From an uncultured Lachnospiraceae bacterium (GTDB taxonomy: Bacteria; Bacillota; Clostridia; Lachnospirales; Lachnospiraceae): a stretch of 64,000 nt of DNA. The position numbers were made by a program, and so were the translations under genes. The stretch is from NCBI GenBank assembly GCA_964424345.1, contig CAYRIK010000005.1, positions 5,883 to 69,882 on the forward strand, in the 5' to 3' direction. Each line of letters opens with the position of its first letter. Position 1 is the stretch's first letter. Below, piece by piece: positions 10,638 through 20,096 of this stretch. The notes below the pieces were generated by a model. It made no database searches. It was not told the origin of the DNA and worked only from the letters and a program-made list of their open reading frames with translations.

Positions 10638-10913
10638 TGTGGAAATCCTCCTTGAAAAAAATAAAATTATTCATTGCACTTTTAGGTGCAACAAGATTGA
10701 CAATTTTTTATCAGCGTAACCATTGTACCCTTTTTTATTCACTTTTGCAAGTCCCAATATAAATATTTTTCCATTTCTTGTGCGGATTTTGTTTAAATCT
10801 TGTTTTTTTTTAAATAATAAATTGTGCAACGACCAAAATAGTGATATAGTGTATAAGGTACAAATGATATCAATAAAGACCAATTATTATAAAGAAAGAA
10901 GAGAATTTAACCG

Positions 10914-12374
10914 ATGAAGATAGGCTTTGATAACGAGAAATACTTAAAAATGCAGTCCCAGCACATTATGGAACGTATCGACAAGTTTGACAACAAGCTT
11001 TATTTGGAGTTTGGCGGAAAATTATTCGATGACTTCCACGCTTCCCGCGTTCTTCCTGGTTTTGCAGCAGACAGTAAACTTCAGATGCTGATGCAGCTTG
11101 CTGACCACGCTGAGATTGTCATGGTCGTAAGTGCAGAAGACATTCAGAAAAACAAAGTCCGTGGTGATCTTGGAATCACATACGATGATGATGTTGTACG
11201 TCTGTTAGATGAATTTCAGAATAAAGGATTATATGTCGGAAGTGTTGTTCTGACAAGATATGATGAACAAAGAAGTGCCGTTTTATTCCAGAAGAGACTG
11301 GAAAAGCTTGGCATCAAGGTATATCACCATTATGACATTCCAGGTTATCCTACAAATGTACCTCTGATTGTTAGTGAAGATGGTTATGGAAAAAATGATT
11401 ATATCGAAACAACCCGTCCATTGGTTGTCATTACTGCACCAGGCCCTGGCAGCGGTAAAATGAGCACTTGTCTTTCCCAGCTTTACCATGAACATAAAAG
11501 AGGAATCCGCGCAGGCTATGCTAAATTTGAAACTTTCCCTATTTGGAATCTTCCATTAGACCATCCGGTAAACTTAGCTTATGAAGCTGCTACTGCGGAC
11601 TTAAACGATGTAAATATGATTGATCCTTTCCATTTAAAGGCTTATGGTGTAACTACTGTAAACTATAATCGTGACGTAGAAATCTTCCCTGTATTAAATG
11701 CAATGTTTATGATGATCTATGGTGAAAGCCCTTATGCTTCTCCTACAGACATGGGCGTTAATATGGCAGGAAACTGCATCATTGATGATGACGTTTGTCG
11801 TGAAGCTTCCCGTCAGGAAATCATCCGCAGATACTATGATGCAATCGTTGGTGTTGCAAATGGCAAACGCCAGCAGGATGAAGTAAATAAGATTGAATTA
11901 CTGATGAGCCGCGAACATATCGCTCCAACAGACAGACCTACTGTAAAACCAGCTTTAATTCGTGCAGAAGCTACAAGCGCACCTGCTGTTGCAATCGAAC
12001 TTGCTGACGGAACAATCATTACTGGAAAAACAAGCAATCTGTTAGGTGCAAGCAGTGCTGCATTGTTAAATTCTATTAAAGTATTAGCAGGCATTCCTCA
12101 TGACAATAAAATTTTAGCACCATCTGCGATTGAACCAATCCAGGAATTAAAGACCAAATACTTAAAGAGCAAAAACCCTCGTCTTCATACAGACGAAGTA
12201 CTAATTGCACTTTCTGCTACTGCTGCTACAAATCAGGATGCTGCATTAGCACTTGCCCAGCTTCCTAAGCTGCGTGGCTGTCAGGTACATTCCAGCGTAT
12301 TGCTTGGTTCTGTCGATACAAAAACATTCAAAAAACTTGGCTGCAATGTAACTTGTGAACCAAAGAAGGGCTAA
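10914..12374 (+). CDS. DUF1846 (UPF0371) family protein
   Basis: 486 aa. N-terminus FDNEKYLKMQSQHIMERIDKFDNKLYLEFGGKLFDDFHASRVLPGF matches my memory of the DUF1846 family signature. Confidence 0.8.
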   Translation: MKIGFDNEKYLKMQSQHIMERIDKFDNKLYLEFGGKLFDDFHASRVLPGFAADSKLQMLMQLADHAEIVMVVSAEDIQKNKVRGDLGITYDDDVVRLLDEFQNKGLYVGSVVLTRYDEQRSAVLFQKRLEKLGIKVYHHYDIPGYPTNVPLIVSEDGYGKNDYIETTRPLVVITAPGPGSGKMSTCLSQLYHEHKRGIRAGYAKFETFPIWNLPLDHPVNLAYEAATADLNDVNMIDPFHLKAYGVTTVNYNRDVEIFPVLNAMFMMIYGESPYASPTDMGVNMAGNCIIDDDVCREASRQEIIRRYYDAIVGVANGKRQQDEVNKIELLMSREHIAPTDRPTVKPALIRAEATSAPAVAIELADGTIITGKTSNLLGASSAALLNSIKVLAGIPHDNKILAPSAIEPIQELKTKYLKSKNPRLHTDEVLIALSATAATNQDAALALAQLPKLRGCQVHSSVLLGSVDTKTFKKLGCNVTCEPKKG

Positions 12375-12445
12375 CATAATTCTTAAAACAAATAAAAGCT
12401 TTTTCATTTTATTAGAAACGAGTAATTTTCCATGAAAAAGCGTAC

Positions 12446-12484
12446 AAAAATGGCATTACCAAAATTTTGGTAATGCCATTTTAT
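12446..12484. terminator. bidirectional rho-independent terminator (DUF1846 / mnmA convergent pair)
   Basis: Perfect 16-bp palindrome aatggcattaccaaaa/ttttggtaatgccatt, flanked by an A-run and a T-run. Confidence 0.75.
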
Positions 12485-12499
12485 TATAACTTGTATTTA

Positions 12500-13582
12500 T
12501 TACAAAATACTTCCACCGCCAAGAACGTAATCATTTTCATAAAATACAACTGACTGTCCTGGAGTGATTGCTCTAACCGGCTCTTTAAATGTCACCTTTA
12601 CGCGTCCGTTTTCCGCACACTCTATGACACAAGGTGTCCCTTTATGAGCATATCTGATTTTTGCCATACATTCATATGGTGCATCGATTCCTGCAATTGC
12701 CATCCAATTTACTTTATCGCATAACAGTTCTGTAGAAAACAACTCTTCATGTTCTCCAAGTACCACTTCATTTTTATCTGCATGCAGTCCTGTTACAAAA
12801 ATACGATGTCCTGCTGCCACACCAAGTCCTCTTCTTTGTCCAATCGTATAATGTGTAATTCCTTTGTGTTCTCCTATGATCTGTCCTTCTTTATTTACGA
12901 AATTTCCAACACCCGGCAATTTATCCGGTGCTTCTCTTTCTAAAAATGCACCATAATCTCTGTCCGGAATAAAACAAATATCCTGACTGTCTGGTTTAGA
13001 GGCAATCGGCAATTCTAACTTTTGTGCGATTGCTCGTATCTCCTCTTTTGTATATGCTCCTACAGGCATTAACGTATGTGCAAGCTGTTCCTGTGTCAAG
13101 TTATACAATGCATACGTCTGATCTTTTGTTGCGGTAACAGAATTTTGAATAACGAATCTTCCATTTTCCAACTGCTTAATCTGTGCATAGTGGCCAGTGG
13201 CAATATAATCTGCTCCTATAGAGCGAGCTTTTGTCAGCAGTGCCTCCCACTTAATAAAACGATTGCAGGCATTACAAGGATTTGGTGTTCGACCATGTAA
13301 ATATTCATCTACAAAGTAATCCATTACTTTTTCTTTAAATTCTTTGCGAAAATTCATAACGTAATATGGTATTCCAAGCTTTTCTGCTACTCTTCTGGCA
13401 TCTTCCACTGCACTAAGTCCACAGCAGCCGCCATTTTCTTCTACACTGCACACATCTTCTTCCTGCCAGATTTGCATCGTTACACCGATTACACGATATC
13501 CCTGTTCCTTTAATAAATAGGCTGCTACCGAAGAATCTACTCCTCCGGACATACCAACTACTACTGTTTTTGGTTCGCTCAA
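12500..13582 (-). CDS. mnmA: tRNA 2-thiouridine(34) synthase
   Basis: PP-loop VVVGMSGGVDSSVAA and MnmA-length body. Probable TTG start at 13582, 6 nt after GAGGAA. The track ORF to 13705 overlaps nifU and is an over-extension. Confidence 0.9.
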   Translation of the reverse strand: MSEPKTVVVGMSGGVDSSVAAYLLKEQGYRVIGVTMQIWQEEDVCSVEENGGCCGLSAVEDARRVAEKLGIPYYVMNFRKEFKEKVMDYFVDEYLHGRTPNPCNACNRFIKWEALLTKARSIGADYIATGHYAQIKQLENGRFVIQNSVTATKDQTYALYNLTQEQLAHTLMPVGAYTKEEIRAIAQKLELPIASKPDSQDICFIPDRDYGAFLEREAPDKLPGVGNFVNKEGQIIGEHKGITHYTIGQRRGLGVAAGHRIFVTGLHADKNEVVLGEHEELFSTELLCDKVNWMAIAGIDAPYECMAKIRYAHKGTPCVIECAENGRVKVTFKEPVRAITPGQSVVFYENDYVLGGGSIL

Positions 13583-13601
13583 TTCTGTTTCCTCATTTCT
13601 T

Positions 13602-14039
13602 TTAATATTCCTCGTCTTCTTCTCCTTCGTGAATATCACTCTTTGGTTTAGACAAGCCTTCGATTGTAATGCCTTTTTTCTCCGCATAATCCCAAAGTGC
13701 AGCATGAATTGCTTCTTCTGCCAACAAAGAACAATGTACCTTTACTGGTGGGAGTCCATCTAACGCCTCCATAACGGCTTTATTTGTTACTTGCATCGCT
13801 TCCTGAATGCTTTTTCCTTTTACAAGTTCTGTTGCCATAGAACTTGTTGCAACCGCAGCTCCGCAGCCGAATGTTTTAAATTTTACATCCTGAATAATGC
13901 CTGCATCATCAATATCCAAATATATACGCATAATATCACCGCATTTTGCGTTTCCTACTGTTCCCACACCACTTGCGTTTTCAATTTCACCCACATTTCT
14001 TGGATTAGAAAAATGGTCCATTACTTTTTCTGTATACAT
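13602..14039 (-). CDS. nifU: Fe-S cluster assembly scaffold protein NifU/IscU
   Basis: 145 aa with three conserved Cys contexts (GNAKCGD, FGCGAA, VHCS). Confidence 0.9.
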   Translation of the reverse strand: MYTEKVMDHFSNPRNVGEIENASGVGTVGNAKCGDIMRIYLDIDDAGIIQDVKFKTFGCGAAVATSSMATELVKGKSIQEAMQVTNKAVMEALDGLPPVKVHCSLLAEEAIHAALWDYAEKKGITIEGLSKPKSDIHEGEEDEEY

Positions 14040-14088
14040 TACATTTCTCTCTTTCTATATTAAATACCAAACTTTTGATAGTCAACTA

Positions 14089-15279
14089 TTACTTTGTCGC
14101 AGATACCTTTTTTATATAATCTTCATACAAGGGAGACATCTGACGAAGTCTTTCTACAATCTGTGCAATCGCTTCTACTGTAATATCAAGTTCTTCTTTT
14201 GTCGTTTCTTCACTTAATGTCAAACGCAAAGAACCATGTGCAATTTCATGTGGTAATCCAATCGCTAACAATACATGAGAAGGATCTAATGAACCAGATG
14301 TACACGCCGAACCACTGCTTGCACAAATTCCTCTCATATCCAGCATAATCAACAAAGATTCACCCTCTATAAACTGAAATGAAAAATTCACATTGTTTGG
14401 AAGACGTTTTTGTCTGTCACCATTTAATCTGCAATATGGAATGGTTTCTTCTATTTTAGATATCATATAGTCTCTAAGCGTTGTTTCATAATCCATTCTT
14501 TTTTGTAATGTCAACATTGCTTTAGAAACTGCTGCCCCCAATCCAACAATACCAGGAACATTTTCCGTTCCTGCTCTTCTAGAACGCTCCTGTGCTCCTC
14601 CATGAATAAAAGAACGTAGCTTTAATCCTTTACGAATATATAAAAAACCGATTCCTTTTGGTCCATTGATTTTATGTCCACTCGCAGAAAGCATATCAAT
14701 CTGATACTCTTCTACATCAATTGGAAGATGTCCATACGCCTGTACTGCATCCGTATGAAATAAAATGTCATGTTTCTTTGCTATTTCTCCAATTTTTTTG
14801 ATTGGCTGAATCGTTCCAATCTCATTATTTGCAAACATTATAGAAATCAAAATCGTATCTGGTCGAATTGCCGCTTCTAATTCATCTAATTTTAAAATTC
14901 CTTGTTCATCTACCCCTACATATGTCACCTCATATCCTTGTTTTTCTAAATATTGACAAGTATGTAATATTGCATGATGTTCAATCGCAGATGTAATAAT
15001 ATGTTTTCCTTTCCATGCATACGCTTCTGCCGTTGCCTTCAAAGCCCAGTTATCAGCTTCAGAACCGCCTGCTGTAAAATAAATATCGGAAGCCTTTGCT
15101 CCAATACTATCTGCAATAATCTCTCTGGCATCAGAAACTGCTTTTTTACTTTCTGCTGCCAGAGAATAAATACTGCTTGGATTGCCATAATATTCACTAA
15201 AGTATGGAAGCATCGCTTCTACTGCCTCTGGAGCTGTTTTTGTTGTTGCCGCATTATCTAAATATATCAATTTTCCCAT
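14089..15279 (-). CDS. nifS: cysteine desulfurase NifS
   Basis: 396 aa class-V aminotransferase. PLP-lysine context SASGHKINGPKG, active-site loop SSGSACTSG. Confidence 0.92.
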   Translation of the reverse strand: MGKLIYLDNAATTKTAPEAVEAMLPYFSEYYGNPSSIYSLAAESKKAVSDAREIIADSIGAKASDIYFTAGGSEADNWALKATAEAYAWKGKHIITSAIEHHAILHTCQYLEKQGYEVTYVGVDEQGILKLDELEAAIRPDTILISIMFANNEIGTIQPIKKIGEIAKKHDILFHTDAVQAYGHLPIDVEEYQIDMLSASGHKINGPKGIGFLYIRKGLKLRSFIHGGAQERSRRAGTENVPGIVGLGAAVSKAMLTLQKRMDYETTLRDYMISKIEETIPYCRLNGDRQKRLPNNVNFSFQFIEGESLLIMLDMRGICASSGSACTSGSLDPSHVLLAIGLPHEIAHGSLRLTLSEETTKEELDITVEAIAQIVERLRQMSPLYEDYIKKVSATK

Positions 15280-15294
15280 AATCTGTCGCCTCCC

Positions 15295-15321
15295 TAATTC
15301 TTAGTAATTTACTAGGAATTA
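15295..15321 (-). promoter_or_regulatory. candidate Rrf2/IscR-type operator (27-nt palindrome) at the nifS transcription start
   Basis: TAATTCTTAGTAA-T-TTACTAGGAATTA, with 12 of 13 half-site positions complementary. Sits between the predicted -10 and the nifS RBS. Confidence 0.35.
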
Positions 15322-15328
15322 CACATCC

Positions 15329-15357
15329 ACTATATCATCCTCATAGGAGAATGTCAA
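15329..15357 (-). promoter_or_regulatory. candidate sigma-A promoter of nifS-nifU-mnmA
   Basis: Minus strand reads TTGACA-17 nt-TATAGT. Confidence 0.45.
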
Positions 15358-15436
15358 ATAGTAAACATTATTATTTTTGTATTTTTACGTGTTTTTTTAC
15401 ATACACTGTAATAATACGTTTAGGACTTTTGTGAAT

Positions 15437-16780
15437 ATGAAAAAACATTTATCCAAGCATCCATTTATTACCGGAACACTCATACTTTCCTGCACGAACA
15501 TCCTATCCAGAGTTATAGGATTTTTTTATCGTGTATATTTATCCAGAACATTTGGTGCAGAGCAATTAGGAATCCTACAGCTAGTTACACCTGTGAGTGC
15601 CATTGCATTTGCTCTGACAGGTGCAGGTATGCAAACTGCTATTTCTAAATGTGTTTCCTCTGCTCCAGACCAAAAACGTTCTCACAAATTTTTATATTAC
15701 GGGCTTTTTCTTGTGTTACCCCTTTCTGCACTATGTTCTTTTTTTGTTTACACATACGCAGACTGGATTTCTATCTGTTTTTTATCAGAAGCACGTACTG
15801 CACCGATTCTTCGAATTTTAGCTCTTTCTTTTCCTTTAAATACTGCCCACGCTTGCATCAATGGTTATTTTCTTGGAAAAAGCGAAACATTTCTTCCATC
15901 CATCAGCCAGTTTGTTGAACAAATTATGCGTGTAGGTATCGTATACATTGCTTGTTCTAGTTTTCAGGCTACGGGAGATGTTCCTTCTCTTTCTTTTACT
16001 GCATGGGGCATTTTTGTCGGAGAATTGGCTGCGTTAAGTCTTACTGTACTTATTTTATTTTTCCGCAAAAAAACACCTTTAAAACCTGACAAACATTCTT
16101 ATACGACGTCTAAAGATTCTATTTTTTCTTCCTTATTAAGAATGAGTATTCCATTAAATGCAAATCGCCTTGCTGTAAACTTTTTAATGAGTATCGAATC
16201 TGTCAGAATCCCTATGATGTTGGAACTTTACGGAATGAGTCCAAGTGCTGCACTAAGCACCTATGGCATTTTAAGTGGTATGGCTCTTCCAGTATTGTTT
16301 TTTCCTACTTCTTTTACAAGTGCTTTGTGCTCTATGCTCCTACCTGCAGTTTCTAAAGCACATAGTCAAAACGACAAAGAACACGTTCGTCAAATCACAC
16401 AAAATGCTGCATCTTTTGTTATATTCGCCGGGCTTTTCTGTGGTATAGCTTTTTTTATGTTCTCTGATCTGATTGGCGAATTGTTGTTTAAAGAGCCTTT
16501 GGCTGGTGTCTATATCCGTACTCTTTGCCTTCTTTGTCCTTTTATGTATATCAGCAATATTTTCAGTAGCGTTTTACAAGGACTAGGGAAAGCAATGAGT
16601 ATCTTTTTTATCAATGTCACTACATTACTCATCCGCTTATGTTTTATTTTTTTCTTAATTCCTAAAATAGGTATTCAAGGATACTTAATCGGACTGTTAG
16701 TCAGCCACCTTTATTCCTGCACAATATACTTTTTACAAGTCAGAACAGTAACTTCTTCACAAAAAATCCAAAAACTTTAA
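15437..16780 (+). CDS. MOP/MurJ-superfamily flippase, SpoVB-like polysaccharide biosynthesis protein
   Basis: About 447 aa from ATG at 15437 (MKKHLSKHPF...), 12-14 predicted TM segments. N-terminal LSRVIGFFYRVYLSRTFGAEQLGILQL resembles the SpoVB/MurJ family. The track start at 15377 is an over-extension. Confidence 0.65.
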   Translation: MKKHLSKHPFITGTLILSCTNILSRVIGFFYRVYLSRTFGAEQLGILQLVTPVSAIAFALTGAGMQTAISKCVSSAPDQKRSHKFLYYGLFLVLPLSALCSFFVYTYADWISICFLSEARTAPILRILALSFPLNTAHACINGYFLGKSETFLPSISQFVEQIMRVGIVYIACSSFQATGDVPSLSFTAWGIFVGELAALSLTVLILFFRKKTPLKPDKHSYTTSKDSIFSSLLRMSIPLNANRLAVNFLMSIESVRIPMMLELYGMSPSAALSTYGILSGMALPVLFFPTSFTSALCSMLLPAVSKAHSQNDKEHVRQITQNAASFVIFAGLFCGIAFFMFSDLIGELLFKEPLAGVYIRTLCLLCPFMYISNIFSSVLQGLGKAMSIFFINVTTLLIRLCFIFFLIPKIGIQGYLIGLLVSHLYSCTIYFLQVRTVTSSQKIQKL

Positions 16781-16800
16781 CGAAACAACGCGCGAAAGAC

Positions 16801-16829
16801 TTGCATTTTATAAAATACCTTATTATAAT
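16801..16829 (+). promoter_or_regulatory. candidate sigma-A promoter of DAHP synthase gene
   Basis: TTGCAT-17 nt-TATAAT, 41 nt upstream of the ATG at 16870. Confidence 0.5.
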
Positions 16830-16869
16830 AAAAAATTGTTAAGAACAATTCATGCAAAGGAGAAAAATT

Positions 16870-17898
16870 ATGAGTTTCCAATACGAAAAATTATTACCTA
16901 CACCACAGGAAATCCTTGCAAGTCAGCCATTATCTGAGAAGTTATCTGCCCAGAAATTACAGCGTGATGCAGAGATTGCAGATGTTATTACAGGTCGAAG
17001 CGACAAATTCCTTGTTATTGTCGGACCTTGCTCTGCCGATAACGAAGAATCTGTATGTGAATATATTCGTAATTTAGCGAAAGTAAACGAACAAGTAAAA
17101 GACAAATTGATTATTATTCCTCGTATCTATACGAACAAACCTCGTACAACAGGCGAAGGTTACAAAGGTCTTGCAAGCCAGCCAGACCCAAATAAAGCCG
17201 AAGATTTTGTAGCAGGTCTGATTGCTATGAGAAAAATGCACATTCGTGCTATGGAAGAAACCGGTTTAAGTGCAGCAGATGAAATGCTCTATCCTGAAAA
17301 TTACCCATATGTAGAAGATCTTCTTTCTTATGTTGCCATCGGTGCTCGTTCTGTAGAAGACCAGCATCATCGTCTCGTTGTAAGCGGTTTCGATGTTGCT
17401 ACTGGTATGAAAAATCCTACAAGCGGTGACTTTACTGTTATGTTAAACTCTGTATATGCAGCACAGCATCCTCATAAATTTACTTATCGTGGATATGAAG
17501 TAAGCACACCAGGTAACCCACTTGCTCATACCATTTTACGAGGCTCTGTTTCTAAAAACGGCCGTAATGTACCAAACTATCATTACGAAGATTTAATCAA
17601 TCTGCTTCGTATGTATGAAGAACGTGATCTGCAGAATATGGCTTGTATCGTAGATACAAACCACTCTAACTCTAACAAACAGTTTAAACAGCAGATTCGT
17701 ATTGCAAAAGAAATTTTACACTCTCGTAAATTAGACGCAGATATCCGCAACATGGTAAAAGGTCTTATGATTGAAAGCTACCTTGTAGAAGGTTCTCAGA
17801 AAGTAAATGAAGGCATTTACGGAAAGTCTATTACAGATGCCTGCATTGGCTGGGAAGATACCGAACAGCTTTTATACCACATTGCTGATTCCGTTTAA
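16870..17898 (+). CDS. 3-deoxy-7-phosphoheptulonate (DAHP) synthase, class I
   Basis: 342 aa from ATG at 16870, which follows AAGGAGA. KFLVIVGPCSADNEE and the overall length fit class I-alpha DAHP synthases. Confidence 0.88.
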   Translation: MSFQYEKLLPTPQEILASQPLSEKLSAQKLQRDAEIADVITGRSDKFLVIVGPCSADNEESVCEYIRNLAKVNEQVKDKLIIIPRIYTNKPRTTGEGYKGLASQPDPNKAEDFVAGLIAMRKMHIRAMEETGLSAADEMLYPENYPYVEDLLSYVAIGARSVEDQHHRLVVSGFDVATGMKNPTSGDFTVMLNSVYAAQHPHKFTYRGYEVSTPGNPLAHTILRGSVSKNGRNVPNYHYEDLINLLRMYEERDLQNMACIVDTNHSNSNKQFKQQIRIAKEILHSRKLDADIRNMVKGLMIESYLVEGSQKVNEGIYGKSITDACIGWEDTEQLLYHIADSV

Positions 17899-18701
17899 AA
17901 TTTTATTTGACAAAGATTTTTATACACAAGTGCTGTGTTCTGATAACGTTGTTCTATATTCAGAGCACAGCATTTATCAAGAACAGGCTGCCACCTGTTC
18001 TTTTTTATATAATCTTGCTCTGATAATATAAATTTTCCATAACAATCTTTTGGTGACTTTGCTTCTAACATATAATACAAGGTTGCACCAAGTGAAAAAA
18101 TATCACTCTCTATTCTATTACCAAGCTGTTTTCTATGCCAACATTCAGGAGCCGCATAACCAAATGTCCCTTGAAAACAAATGTCCGTTTGATGTGCATG
18201 ATCTACATACTCTGCCAGACCAAAATCAAGTAAAATTACTTCTCCATTTTCTTGCAATAATACATTAGATGGTTTCAAATCATTATGAATTATCTTTACT
18301 CTATTACTGTGCAGATATGCTAATATTTGACATAATTGCTGTGCAGTTGCACATATCGTTTTTTCAAACATGTTACCATTTCTTTGTATATACTGTTCTA
18401 TCGTCAAGCCTTTATGATAAGACATAATATAATAACTTTTCTCAGTATCGTTCTGATATGTATATACTTCTGGAATCCCTTTATGATGCAGATGTTGCAG
18501 CATTTTTGCTTCCTTTTCCAGTAACGTCGCAGCGATTGTATTTGCGACAGCAGCTTTTACTACTACAAAATGCTCCGTATGTTTTAAACGTGCCACATAC
18601 AGTTGTGCCATATGTCCTCCGCATATCCGATATAAAATTTCACAAGGAAAATCATCTGCAGTCCAACTGCCTTTTTGAAACAATATCTTTACTGCTCCCA
18701 T
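17895..18701 (-). CDS. minimal Hanks-type serine/threonine protein kinase (non-RD)
   Basis: 268 aa that is kinase domain only. VVVK lysine, catalytic loop IHNDLKPSNVLL (Asn replaces the RD arginine), DFGLA, GTFGYAAPE. No TM, PASTA or other sensor domain. Confidence 0.8.
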   Translation of the reverse strand: MGAVKILFQKGSWTADDFPCEILYRICGGHMAQLYVARLKHTEHFVVVKAAVANTIAATLLEKEAKMLQHLHHKGIPEVYTYQNDTEKSYYIMSYHKGLTIEQYIQRNGNMFEKTICATAQQLCQILAYLHSNRVKIIHNDLKPSNVLLQENGEVILLDFGLAEYVDHAHQTDICFQGTFGYAAPECWHRKQLGNRIESDIFSLGATLYYMLEAKSPKDCYGKFILSEQDYIKKNRWQPVLDKCCALNIEQRYQNTALVYKNLCQIKF

Positions 18702-19213
18702 ATAAAAAAATACCCGCTTTCTATCTTTTGCTCACTGATTGCACAAAGCATTTGATATTTTAATATATTGGCTGCCATTTCTGCACGCTGACACTCTGCT
18801 GCCTTGTCCAAAAATAACTGCATATTAGGAGAAGTATATATCGAAAAATTTCGCTGTTCATTTTGCTTAGGCTGTATTTTTGTCTGTAATACTTTTTGAC
18901 TTCCTGTATCATATCTATATAACAACAACGTATGCGCATACGATACATATAGCTGCAATTCTTCTTTTCCTGATAGTAATCTACTGCTTTCTTTATAGCA
19001 GAGTGCTTCTTTTTCCTGTAAAAATGCCATATGTATTCTAATAATCCATTCCTGCAATGCTTTTTGTAAAGCATCTCTCTTTTCTTTTTCTAATGCTTTT
19101 TCTGATACAATCCAAACATACAGACATATTCCCTGACATATTACTGCCCCACTTAAAATATGTTCCTCTGCACTATACGTTTTATAATCTGCATATCCTT
19201 GTGTCCAAAACAT
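18689..19213 (-). CDS. hypothetical protein, translationally coupled to the kinase
   Basis: 174-aa ORF. ATG at 19213 is preceded by AAGGA, and the stop overlaps the kinase ATG by 13 nt. I recognise no family. Confidence 0.5.
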   Translation of the reverse strand: MFWTQGYADYKTYSAEEHILSGAVICQGICLYVWIVSEKALEKEKRDALQKALQEWIIRIHMAFLQEKEALCYKESSRLLSGKEELQLYVSYAHTLLLYRYDTGSQKVLQTKIQPKQNEQRNFSIYTSPNMQLFLDKAAECQRAEMAANILKYQMLCAISEQKIESGYFFIWEQ

Positions 19214-19303
19214 CTTTTTTTCCTTTCATGCTCTTTATGTTCTCATAATATCAATCTCTATATTACCTTTATGCACGAGCAAATGTTTTTGTCACACTTT
19301 TTC

Positions 19304-19332
19304 TTGCTTTCTTTTACAAAATATGCTATATT
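19304..19332 (+). promoter_or_regulatory. candidate promoter upstream of cobalamin riboswitch
   Basis: TTGCTT-17 nt-TATATT, ending about 15 nt before the riboswitch P1 stem. Confidence 0.4.
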
Positions 19333-19345
19333 TCACAGCAAGTGA

Positions 19346-19535
19346 ATAGAACATTTCTGGTGTCAGAGGTAATGCTTTGGTGAAAAGGGAAGCATGTGAG
19401 ATTCATGCACGAACTCGTCGCTGTAATACAGGAGCTTTTTTTCTGCGAGCAATCGTAAAAAGTCACTGGTTTTATAAAAACTGGGAAGATGAAAAAAAGT
19501 GATGATCGTTAAGTCAGAAGACCTGCCAGAAGTGA
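19346..19535 (+). promoter_or_regulatory. cobalamin (B12) riboswitch
   Basis: P1 arms ttctgg (19355-19360) and ccagaa (19525-19530). Conserved core GGTGAAAAGGGAA, GTGAGATTC, CGCTGTAA, AGTCACTGG, CTGGGAAG. B12 box AGTCAGAAGACCTGCC at 19512-19527. Confidence 0.88.
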
Positions 19536-19689
19536 TATTGTGGAACTACGAGTAATTAGTTAAAGCAAGAGGCAGTATACACTTTTCTATATTGCATGCC
19601 ACAATCTTCTACACTTATACAACCAAGGCATATAAATATATGCTTTAGGATGGGGTTGTGCATTTTCAATATAGAAAGGAGTTTTTTAC

Positions 19690-20094
19690 ATGAACAAAAA
19701 GAACAAAAAATTGTTGGGCGTTGGACTCTTTGTTGTCCTGATTGCCCTCTTAACAGGAGTATTCTTTATTTTCCGTGCAAAACCTGTAGCCGGAAGCAAA
19801 GATATTTCTATCGAAGTTATTAACAAAGCGGGAGAATCTACTTTATACGAATTCAAAACAGATGCTGAATATTTACAGCAGGCAATGGATGAAGCAGACG
19901 GTCTTACTTATGATGGTGAAGACGGACCGTATGGTATGATGGTAGACACTGTAAATGGTGAAGTTGCAGATTATACAAAAGACAAAGCATACTGGAGCTT
20001 TTATGTAAATGATACCTACTGCAATTACGGTATCAGCGAACAGCCTGTATTAGACGGTGACGCATTCAAGATTGAATATACTACTGCAGAATAA
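19690..20094 (+). CDS. membrane-anchored DUF4430 (transcobalamin-like C-terminal domain) protein
   Basis: 134 aa. N-terminal signal-anchor LLGVGLFVVLIALLTGVFFIF, then the pattern ..YEFKTDAEYLQQAM..GLTYDGEDGPYGMMVDTVNGEVAD..AYWSFYVND..GISEQPVLDGDAFKIEY typical of DUF4430. Confidence 0.8.
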   Translation: MNKKNKKLLGVGLFVVLIALLTGVFFIFRAKPVAGSKDISIEVINKAGESTLYEFKTDAEYLQQAMDEADGLTYDGEDGPYGMMVDTVNGEVADYTKDKAYWSFYVNDTYCNYGISEQPVLDGDAFKIEYTTAE

Positions 20095-20096
20095 TC

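Noticed and set aside
10671-10883. 70-aa and 64-aa ORFs in the gap / DUF1846 divergent intergenic region
   Set aside because: The sequence is AT-rich promoter-region DNA with no RBS and an implausible Phe/Lys/Ile-rich composition.
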